A program made the translations under genes and the position numbers. From NCBI GenBank assembly GCA_039810425.1, contig JBDHWW010000016.1, positions 1 to 64,000 on the forward strand: a stretch of 64,000 bases of DNA. The letters are read 5' to 3'. This stretch comes from Pseudobdellovibrionaceae bacterium. GTDB lineage: Bacteria; Bdellovibrionota; Bdellovibrionia; Bdellovibrionales; Bdellovibrionaceae. The notes beneath the pieces were generated by a model. The model was not told the DNA's origin and made no database searches. It worked only from the letters and a program-made list of their open reading frames with translations. Of this stretch, positions 56,815 to 64,000 are shown in pieces. Positions within the stretch are counted from its first letter, which is position 1. The number at the start of each line of letters is the position of its first letter.

Positions 56815-57600
56815 ATGAAAAGAAAACCTTGGTCGATTGTCGTTTTGTCTTTGTTGCATATTTTGGCACCCATGGGCAATATCATCTTCAATTCATATCG
56901 TGCCGGACGCAGCTTTATGCAAACTTGGGACGTCTGGCTCTATAGTTTTCCAAAGCCGCTTTTCATTGCCTACGTCATGTTGCCGCCGCTTGCCGGGGTT
57001 TTTATTTTCATCTGTAAGCGCTGGAGCTATTGGTGCTATGTCGGATGTTTGTTTCTGATCTTTCTTGCGAATATTTATGGTTTCTGGACCAGCATGAATT
57101 GGGTGAACTTTTTCACGCTGTTCGCAGTTCTTGTGTTGGACATCTTGGCAGTGGCGTACTTCGTGGTGCCGTCGGTCCGCAAAGTCTATTTTGATCCGCG
57201 CCTGCGTTGGTGGGAAACGGCTCCGAGATATCTGTTTAATCAGCAAGGTGTCATGGATAGCACCCCTGGGCTTATCCGCAATGTCTCTGAGGGCGGCGCC
57301 ATGTTTGAAACCAGCACAAGCTACATCGAAGGCCAGGAGGTTGAGCTTAAATGGAGCAACGAGGGGGACGAGTATCTGATTCCTGGCAAAGTCGTTTACA
57401 AAAAGCCCCTGGGCAACGGCTACTGCTGTGGCGTGCGCTTCGATCACACGCCGATGACCTCGAAATCCATGAAGAGCCTGGTGGCAAAACTTCACAAGCA
57501 AGGTAAGATGATCCGCGACCGGTTGCCGGGGCCGGAAGACAGCTTCGGAGCTTGGATCAAGAAACTCGTTTTAACCCGCCAAGGGTTGTTTCCAAAGTAA
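56815..57600 (+). CDS. 4-TM membrane protein with C-terminal PilZ domain
   Basis: RWWETAPRY, NVSEGG (DxSxxG-like), GVRF; start at MKRKPW. Confidence 0.8.
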   Translation: MKRKPWSIVVLSLLHILAPMGNIIFNSYRAGRSFMQTWDVWLYSFPKPLFIAYVMLPPLAGVFIFICKRWSYWCYVGCLFLIFLANIYGFWTSMNWVNFFTLFAVLVLDILAVAYFVVPSVRKVYFDPRLRWWETAPRYLFNQQGVMDSTPGLIRNVSEGGAMFETSTSYIEGQEVELKWSNEGDEYLIPGKVVYKKPLGNGYCCGVRFDHTPMTSKSMKSLVAKLHKQGKMIRDRLPGPEDSFGAWIKKLVLTRQGLFPK

Positions 57601-57635
57601 CCCTTCTTCGATCCTTCCATATTTCAAGCAAGGGC

Positions 57636-58637
57636 TTACTTCTGACAGAGACCCTTGTAGTACTTAAGAAGTGTCTGATCGATGTAGCCCCGTTCTTCTT
57701 CATCCACGACATAGACGCCCAAGGGGTGAGTGTAGTCCATGCCCGCAGGGTCACCAATGAAGCCCCCCATGATTTGTGGAGAGTAGAAATGGCCGTTGCT
57801 GGCGGCATAGTAGATCAGTTGATCGTTCTCGGGCTGATTTGAATCGTAAGCGGTGATCCAAACATTGCCTTTGCCGTCCTTCGTGAAAGTCTTTGGAATC
57901 ACTATGTGCTGGGTCGTCGTATTGAGGCGGAGGTTGATCAAGGACAAACGCTTTGACGACATATTGGCCATCAGGATTTTGAGGGTGTCTGCATTTTCTT
58001 TTGGCGGCCGAGGACCTGAGCCTGCGCCCATGCCGATATTGCGTGCGCGGAAAAAGTGGAGTTCTTGGCTTCGTTCTACTTCCGTGCGAAGGGCGCGGTA
58101 AACCTGTCGGCTGCCGATTTGATAGGTTTGACCTTTGAGCATCCTCTCAAGAAAGCCGAGGCCTGTATTGCGGCTCCATTCAGAGGTGATATTGGGCTCG
58201 CGGAGCGGAATCACACCATATTCTTTCAATTTATTTTCATTGAGGCGTTGGGGATCGCGGCTATTCGGGTCTGCGGAATTCTCTTGCATCATCAGGGCTC
58301 CGACAGTTGTGCCGCGAACAGTGTCGAGCGCGCGAGTCAGGTCAAAGTCCGCCGCATGGGATTCATTCAAGCGCAAAAGATAGAAAAGCTTTCTCTGTGT
58401 GCTGGACATCCCCCAACAAGCCCCAAGCCCAATGCCGCCACTGCTAAAGGCCCAGTTTTTGACCGGCAAGTGGTTTGCCGAGCTGAACGCCGCCGGAAGA
58501 ATATTGGCATAGATACTGCTGACATTGAGGTTGTCGCAGTTTAAGTTGGCAACCAGTGAATCAGTGACGGTCTTTGCAGAAGCGGGGTGGGTGATAAGGC
58601 ATAGACCGAGCAAGGTGCTGGCGAAAATACTTTTCAT
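57636..58637 (-). CDS. Secreted protein with a papain-like Cys-His-Asp motif set
   Basis: Signal peptide; GACWGMS, QHIVI, AYDSNQP. Confidence 0.6.
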   Translation of the reverse strand: MKSIFASTLLGLCLITHPASAKTVTDSLVANLNCDNLNVSSIYANILPAAFSSANHLPVKNWAFSSGGIGLGACWGMSSTQRKLFYLLRLNESHAADFDLTRALDTVRGTTVGALMMQENSADPNSRDPQRLNENKLKEYGVIPLREPNITSEWSRNTGLGFLERMLKGQTYQIGSRQVYRALRTEVERSQELHFFRARNIGMGAGSGPRPPKENADTLKILMANMSSKRLSLINLRLNTTTQHIVIPKTFTKDGKGNVWITAYDSNQPENDQLIYYAASNGHFYSPQIMGGFIGDPAGMDYTHPLGVYVVDEEERGYIDQTLLKYYKGLCQK

Positions 58638-58683
58638 GAGGCCCCTCCTATTTTGGGCGTTGTTTTTTTAAGCGGAACACATG

Positions 58684-59973
58684 TTATTCTACAACTTTGA
58701 GGCCCTCGGCCCAGAAATTCGCTGACTCAACAAGGCCTGATAAGACTGAATGGAAGTGAGATTGCGTCTGCAAACGTTCTTTGCCGAAGCGTTTTTCAAG
58801 CTCTTGCTGGACGAAGCCCACTTTCGCTGTGCCACCTGTCAGGCACACCAGATCCACCTGATCGCTGGTAAGTCCCGCGCTGGCTAGGCAGCGATCGAGA
58901 CCTTCAAAGATTTTTCCGCGGGCTTCCGTGGACCATTCGATGAATTGCTTCTGAGAAAAAGCTTCGTAGACTTCCAGAGTCGGATAGACGAATTTAAAAT
59001 GACTATTTTCCTGCGACGACAGTTCGCGCTTCGTCTTTTCAATAGTTTCAAAGAACGGGAAGATCTGCTGGTCTTCGAGGAGTACAAACAATCTTTCAAC
59101 CGCCGCTTTGTCTTTTTCAGTCAGGGAGCACTTCTTGATTTCGCGGATGAATTCGTAGGTCTCTTTTTCCTTGAGATGCACGATATGCGCCGGGTGATTT
59201 AATCGCTGAGTCACACCATGAGGCATTGTCAGTACGTTCTCGGACATCGGCAGACGGTAGCGGGATTTTGCGCCAAAGTACTCGTTCAGGCGATGGCTCA
59301 TAAACACACTATCGAGCGCATCCCCCGCGAGCGGGCAGCCGTCGATCGCCAACACGTCTTCGCGGCGGAACTTTTCAGGCCCCATGCGAATCAGGGTGAA
59401 ATCCGAAGTTCCTCCGCCGAAGTCTCCGATCAGGACGGTTTTCTTTTTTCTAAGGCCTCGGCGATAATCAAAGGCGGCGGCTAAAGGTTCGGGCACGAAT
59501 TGGACATTCTTAAAGCCCGCAAACTGCGCGGCTTTCTGCATGCGGTGAAGGGCAAAGCCATCCGCCACCGGGTCCATCGAATAACGTGCAGGACGGCCGA
59601 TCACGGCGTTTTCCACGGGCACGCCGAGCGCGTTCTCGGCGCGTTTCTTCAGCTCCAGCAGAAAGATCCCGACGAGGTTTTCTAAAGTCAGAATGCGATT
59701 GTCGAGAATCGTTCCAAGATATGCTTTGTTCGGTAAATGAGATTTAAATGAGCGGAAGAGGCGTCCTTCCATGTCTTGCTCAACATATTGTTCAATGGCC
59801 TCTGCGCCGTAGTAACAGAGATCGGCGTGGGGAAAGTAAAGCAGGGTGCGCATCAAAGTCTGATCAGTTGCCTTTGGATCAAGCGATAGCGCTTCGACGC
59901 GTTTTCCGTTATGAAAGGCCCCCACCAGGGAGTTGCTGGTACCAAAGTCAATGGCAAGGAAAGTGTCAGACAT
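58684..59973 (-). CDS. yegD: Hsp70-family protein (YegD-like, no substrate-binding domain)
   Basis: IDFGTSNS, VIGRP, EPLAAA, DFGGGTSDF, LTGGT. Confidence 0.85.
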   Translation of the reverse strand: MSDTFLAIDFGTSNSLVGAFHNGKRVEALSLDPKATDQTLMRTLLYFPHADLCYYGAEAIEQYVEQDMEGRLFRSFKSHLPNKAYLGTILDNRILTLENLVGIFLLELKKRAENALGVPVENAVIGRPARYSMDPVADGFALHRMQKAAQFAGFKNVQFVPEPLAAAFDYRRGLRKKKTVLIGDFGGGTSDFTLIRMGPEKFRREDVLAIDGCPLAGDALDSVFMSHRLNEYFGAKSRYRLPMSENVLTMPHGVTQRLNHPAHIVHLKEKETYEFIREIKKCSLTEKDKAAVERLFVLLEDQQIFPFFETIEKTKRELSSQENSHFKFVYPTLEVYEAFSQKQFIEWSTEARGKIFEGLDRCLASAGLTSDQVDLVCLTGGTAKVGFVQQELEKRFGKERLQTQSHFHSVLSGLVESANFWAEGLKVVE

Positions 59974-60066
59974 AGGTTTCCATTATAGGGAAACCTTTTT
60001 AAAGGTGCCAAGCTCCTTTTCTGGAGTCAGTGCAACAAGAAACAGGGCCGGGCACTTAATTTTAGC

Positions 60067-60831
60067 TTAGCTGTGCTTCTTGGTGTGTTCAATCATCATA
60101 TCTTCAGCACGCTGAAGATCCGATGGTGTGATTTGCCAGATTTGCTTGTCTTTGAATTCCTTCAATAGCTGGTTGAAGAGATCAAACTTCAGAAATGGCG
60201 TCACTTCACCGCGCTTGTACTCGTTTTCTTTCTCGCCATAGAGGCCGAGGAAGGTCTTATCGCGGAACCAAGATTCGCGGTTCATGCTCTGGGCGATTTT
60301 GACGTGCTCTTCGCTCGGGTTGCGCTGCAAGAATTCGAAGAACATACCGCTAGGGCGCATACCTGGAAGGTACCACTCACCAGAGAAAACCTGGATGAGG
60401 TCTTCTTCTTCGTCTTTCAGGATAGGCGTAATGAATTGCACGCCACGCTCCAACGCATGTTTATGGAATGCGAGAAGGTCTGTGGTTCGAAGAGCCACAT
60501 GTTGCCAGTGGGCGGACTGTTGGTGGCCATCTAACATCTCACGAACGTGAGAAGACTGGCCTTGAGGCTCTGTCGGCTGCACGACAGCAATAATGGTGTT
60601 ATTGAGTTCTGGATCTGGATTCGCACCACGGCCCAGACAAATCGCGTAGGTCATCGACTTTTCGCCTTCGCCTTTAACCCACTCTTTCCGTTTATCATAA
60701 AGTAGATCATCGGCACCCACGCCAAAAATAGTGTGGAAAGCCAGGTAAGACACTTTATAAAGGTCCGGTTGTAAAAGCAGGGTCATATGATCGACTTGGA
60801 AATTGAGAAACGGCTTCTTCGCGGTTTTCAT
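60067..60831 (-). CDS. VOC-superfamily protein resembling the HPPD C-terminal catalytic domain
   Basis: VDHMT, WQHVALRT, LIQVFS, FFEFLQR; start at MKTAKK. Confidence 0.7.
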   Translation of the reverse strand: MKTAKKPFLNFQVDHMTLLLQPDLYKVSYLAFHTIFGVGADDLLYDKRKEWVKGEGEKSMTYAICLGRGANPDPELNNTIIAVVQPTEPQGQSSHVREMLDGHQQSAHWQHVALRTTDLLAFHKHALERGVQFITPILKDEEEDLIQVFSGEWYLPGMRPSGMFFEFLQRNPSEEHVKIAQSMNRESWFRDKTFLGLYGEKENEYKRGEVTPFLKFDLFNQLLKEFKDKQIWQITPSDLQRAEDMMIEHTKKHS

Positions 60832-60927
60832 TGTTGCTCCTCGTTTTAGGCCAAAAGATGCCGGAATCATCCTATGCGCTCCTGCGAATTTCAAGGGTTT
60901 TTCTTAATACATCCGGGCTTGCTAATG

Positions 60928-60949
60928 AAAAAAACCCCGTGGAGGGGGC
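60928..60949 (-). terminator. Terminator of the small minus-strand ORF
   Basis: Minus strand CCCC-TCCAC-GGGG followed by T7. Confidence 0.55.
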
Positions 60950-60953
60950 CGCG

Positions 60954-61127
60954 TTAGCGATACGGGGGTCTGAAGTTTTTTTTGCGTGCGGCTTTAATGG
61001 CCGCTTCTTTTTGAAATTCAGATAAAATGTGCGCTCGTTTTTCGTAGAATATCTGGCCAGTGAACAAGAAGATAAAAATAATGGCCGCGATTCCAATCGC
61101 CTGCCACGACCACTGCATGAACGGCAT
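60954..61127 (-). CDS. Small (57 aa) single-TM protein, not in ORF track
   Basis: MPFMQWSWQAIGIAAIIFIFLFTGQIFYEKRAHILSEFQKEAAIKAARKKNFRPPYR; stop directly followed by a terminator. Confidence 0.55.
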   Translation of the reverse strand: MPFMQWSWQAIGIAAIIFIFLFTGQIFYEKRAHILSEFQKEAAIKAARKKNFRPPYR

Positions 61128-61357
61128 ATCGAGAATTTTATTTGGAAGGACTTTGTTGCCGGCGGCGGTGGCGATATTTCCATGGCACGGGCATAGTTTC
61201 TTTCCTCGTTTTAAAAGGGTACCTTACGCGGGCCCTCTTGTTTATAAAATGTAAAGGGTTATCTCACCTTGAGAAAGCTTCACGGCGTTTGCGGCTTAAA
61301 CTGTTGAACTTCCGGGTAAAAGCGCGTAAAACTGACACCTCACAAGGACCCTCTCAT

Positions 61358-62956
61358 ATGATCAGTACCAGTAATGTCAGTTTACGTTTTGGCGGTAAGA
61401 AACTCTTTGAGGACGTGAACGTGAAGTTCACTCCGGGAAATTGCTACGGCCTGATCGGTGCCAATGGCGCCGGCAAATCGACGTTTCTGAAGATCCTCGC
61501 CAAAGAGCTTGAGCCCAATACCGGCGAAGTCAACATGCCGGGCGATTTACGTCTATCAGTTTTAAAGCAGGACCATTACGCTTATGAAGAGGTCCCGGTT
61601 TTGAAGACGGTTCTTATGGGGAATGAGCGCCTCTATAAAGTCATGGAAGAAAAAGACGCTATTTACGCAAAGCCTGAGTTTTCTGAGCAGGACGGCATTC
61701 GCGCCTCGGAGCTTGAAACGGAGTTCGCAGAGTTGAACGGGTGGGAGGCCGAATCGGAAGCGGCCGTGATGCTTGCGGGTCTCGGTATTGGTGAGGATCT
61801 TCATCTGAAGTTGATGAAAGAGCTCAATGGCGGCGAAAAGGTGAAAGTTCTTTTGGCGCAGGCTCTTTTCGGCAAGCCCGATATCTTGTTGCTGGATGAG
61901 CCAACGAATCACTTGGACATTTACGCGATCCAGTGGCTTGAGCAGTTTTTGATGAATTTTGAAAACACCGTGATTGTGATCTCGCACGACCGTCACTTCC
62001 TTAATAAAGTCTGCACTCACATGGCGGACATCGATTTCGGCAAAGTGACGACTTATACGGGGAATTACGATTTCTGGCGCCAGGCGAGTGAGCTCAATCA
62101 GCGCCTGCTGGCGGACCAAAACAAGAAGTCGGAGGACAAGGCAGAGGAACTCAAGGCCTTTATTGCGCGCTTTAGCGCGAATGCCTCGAAATCGGCTCAG
62201 GCCTCTTCACGCAAAAAGCTTTTGGACAAACTGGTGTTCAATGAGTTGCCGGCGTCCTCACGTAAGCAGCCGTTTATCGGTTTTACGGTGAACCGCGAGC
62301 TTGGCAATGATGTGCTGGCGGTGGAGAGGGTGACAAAGACTTGGGAAGGTCAGGTGGTCCTCAGAGACATCAGCTTCACTTTGAAGAAGGGCGATAAGGT
62401 GGCGCTGATCGGCCGCAATGACTTGGCAAAGACGCTGTTGCTGGAAATTCTTGCGGGTGAGATGGCGGCGGATGCCGGCGGATATACATGGGGGATTACG
62501 ACTTCTGTGAGTTATTTCCCGACGGACAACTCGCGCTACTTCAAAGGCGAAGAAGAGACCCTGGTGGATTGGCTCCGTCCGTATTCAAAAGAAAAAGACG
62601 AGACCTTCCTGCGCGGGTTCTTGGGTAAGATGCTCTTTAGCGGCACGGATGCGTTGAAAAAACCTTCGGTTCTTTCAGGGGGCGAGAAGGTGCGCTGTAT
62701 GTTTGCGAAGATGATGTTGTCGGGTGCAAATATTTTGATCTTTGACGGTCCGACGTCGCATTTGGATTTAGAGAGCATTACGGCGGTGAATGAAGGCTTA
62801 AGCCGTTTTAAAGGAACTGTGATTTTTACCTCCCATGATCACGAATTGATCCAGACCGTGGCCAACCGAATTATTGAGATCGATACGAAGGTGACCTACG
62901 ACAATCATATTACTTATGATGAGTACCTCGTGGGACCCAGGGGACGGAATGTTTGA
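61358..62956 (+). CDS. ABC-F family ATPase (YbiT/YkpA-like)
   Basis: GANGAGKST, LDEPTNHLD, PtIM-like linker, second NBD with LSGGE; no TM segments; start at MISTSN. Confidence 0.92.
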   Translation: MISTSNVSLRFGGKKLFEDVNVKFTPGNCYGLIGANGAGKSTFLKILAKELEPNTGEVNMPGDLRLSVLKQDHYAYEEVPVLKTVLMGNERLYKVMEEKDAIYAKPEFSEQDGIRASELETEFAELNGWEAESEAAVMLAGLGIGEDLHLKLMKELNGGEKVKVLLAQALFGKPDILLLDEPTNHLDIYAIQWLEQFLMNFENTVIVISHDRHFLNKVCTHMADIDFGKVTTYTGNYDFWRQASELNQRLLADQNKKSEDKAEELKAFIARFSANASKSAQASSRKKLLDKLVFNELPASSRKQPFIGFTVNRELGNDVLAVERVTKTWEGQVVLRDISFTLKKGDKVALIGRNDLAKTLLLEILAGEMAADAGGYTWGITTSVSYFPTDNSRYFKGEEETLVDWLRPYSKEKDETFLRGFLGKMLFSGTDALKKPSVLSGGEKVRCMFAKMMLSGANILIFDGPTSHLDLESITAVNEGLSRFKGTVIFTSHDHELIQTVANRIIEIDTKVTYDNHITYDEYLVGPRGRNV

Positions 62957-63125
62957 TAAAATGTGTCCTCTGATGACATGTCGTTAAATCAGTCAGTTGA
63001 AAAAAGGCTCTGCGTTTTTCGGGACTTAACTCGGAATTCTCACACCGAGACGACAGATTACTTAAAATTCCCAAATAATCAGCCCGAGAAATGCCTGTAA
63101 TTTCGACACCTTGACCATTTCGAGA

Positions 63126-63141
63126 TGGCACGGCCATTGAA
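63126..63141 (+). promoter_or_regulatory. Possible sigma-54 promoter
   Basis: TGGCACG-GCCA-TTGA versus TGGCACG-N4-TTGC (one mismatch at -12). Confidence 0.4.
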
Positions 63142-63165
63142 TACTACAACGGATGCGAGGTTGTT

Positions 63166-63864
63166 ATGAAATATATTATGTGTGTTCTATTGGTCAGTTT
63201 GTGGTCGCCGATCAGCATGGCACAAAGCGAATCCGACTTGCAAGTCGACAATGAGTTCGCCGTCGTAGATGTCGACGGGGCTCAGGCCGAAGCGCAAGAG
63301 GCTCGCGAGTTTGCGCGGCAAGAAAAACAACATAAAGCGGAGATGAAAGCTGATGCCCTCCGTTCTATAAAAGAAGCAAATGTTCTTGAGGCGAAAGCCG
63401 CAAAGCAAGCTCAGAAGCTTCGTCAAGAAGGAGCGCAAGCTCAAGCAGAAGCTAAGAAGTTCAAACGTCAGTTGATGGACGCGACTTTGAAAAAAGCCTA
63501 CGCGGAGAAGAAAATTGCCGCTAATGAAAAGAAAATCACGGACACCAAAAAACGCCGTGAAGATCTTCGTAAGCAAAAAGCAGATGCGGAAAGAAAAGCT
63601 CGTGTGCTGGTGGAAAAGCAAAAATCCAGTGACCGAGCCCTCAAACAAGCCAATGCGGCGACTCAGGCGGCAGCGACAGCAGCTCGTATCGCAAAAGCGA
63701 AGTTGAAAACGTCCGAGCGTAGCTATGCGCAAGCGCAGAGAATTCATGCTCGTAAGATGAAGATCGCGCGCTTGCAACAAGAGAGATATAAGGCAGAAAC
63801 TAAAAAATCCAAACTGGCTCAGAGAAAGCTCGATCTTGGCATCGCGGCTCTTTCCGAAGAGTAA
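63166..63864 (+). CDS. Secreted Ala/Lys-rich coiled-coil protein
   Basis: Signal peptide followed by a long A/K/Q/E-rich helix; GAGGT RBS. Confidence 0.75.
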   Translation: MKYIMCVLLVSLWSPISMAQSESDLQVDNEFAVVDVDGAQAEAQEAREFARQEKQHKAEMKADALRSIKEANVLEAKAAKQAQKLRQEGAQAQAEAKKFKRQLMDATLKKAYAEKKIAANEKKITDTKKRREDLRKQKADAERKARVLVEKQKSSDRALKQANAATQAAATAARIAKAKLKTSERSYAQAQRIHARKMKIARLQQERYKAETKKSKLAQRKLDLGIAALSEE

Positions 63865-63892
63865 GCTCTTTAAGATAAGCACCAACCAAGAC

Positions 63893-63925
63893 AAAACCCG
63901 AAGGACGCAATCCTTCGGGTTTTTA
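63893..63925 (+). terminator. Rho-independent (possibly bidirectional) terminator
   Basis: AAAACCCGAAGGA-CGCAA-TCCTTCGGGTTTT. Confidence 0.85.
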
Positions 63926-64000
63926 ATTTCAAAAAAGGGCGAGGGTCACAGTTTTTAGCTTTCTAGCGTCTTTGATGTAGCGTCTTTCAAAGTTGTCGTG

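Noticed and set aside
63187..63894. Long antisense ORFs (235 aa here; similar ones opposite thrS, kdpB and others)
   Set aside because: Shadows of real genes caused by codon bias; no motifs or RBS.
1..64000. CRISPR arrays, IS/transposases, integrases, prophage or defence genes, rRNA/tRNA
   Set aside because: No regularly spaced repeats or recognisable motifs found by eye.

Overview
A 64-kb chromosomal window of roughly 50% GC (estimated by eye). It is most consistent with a Bdellovibrio-like predatory bacterium. This is an inference from the mevalonate cluster behind rplT, the many secreted and lipoprotein orphans, the PilZ membrane protein and a FliA-type promoter. No rRNA, tRNA, CRISPR array or transposase was recognised. 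In order, the window holds: an S8/PA protease; a CPA2 antiporter; slyX; an aldehyde dehydrogenase; a parvulin; a complete kdpFABC-DE locus (kdpF is missing from the ORF track); a tightly coupled four-gene minus-strand operon (PepSY-TM protein, diverged GCS2/YbdK-type ligase, N-truncated MurF-like ligase, FetB-FetA ABC fusion); tdk; an MFS transporter; a PKD/TSP1/Hint-domain lipoprotein with an overlapping partner gene; and the thrS-infC-rpmI-rplT-pheS-pheT-ihfA-merR string. That string is split by an SMR insert and by a ~15-kb block holding the mevalonate pathway, a kynurenine/2-aminomuconate Trp-catabolic cluster and two RNA methyltransferases. The window ends in an accessory stretch: OM beta-barrel, secreted VTC/CYTH-like protein, TPR-wHTH-HTH regulator, PilZ protein, papain-like secreted protein, YegD-type Hsp70, single-domain HPPD-like protein, ABC-F and a coiled-coil protein. 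The best candidates for an undescribed system are the double-ligase plus exporter operon (14803-18981) and the self-processing Hint lipoprotein with its partner (23646-26989). All calls come from motif reading by eye; no database searches were run.
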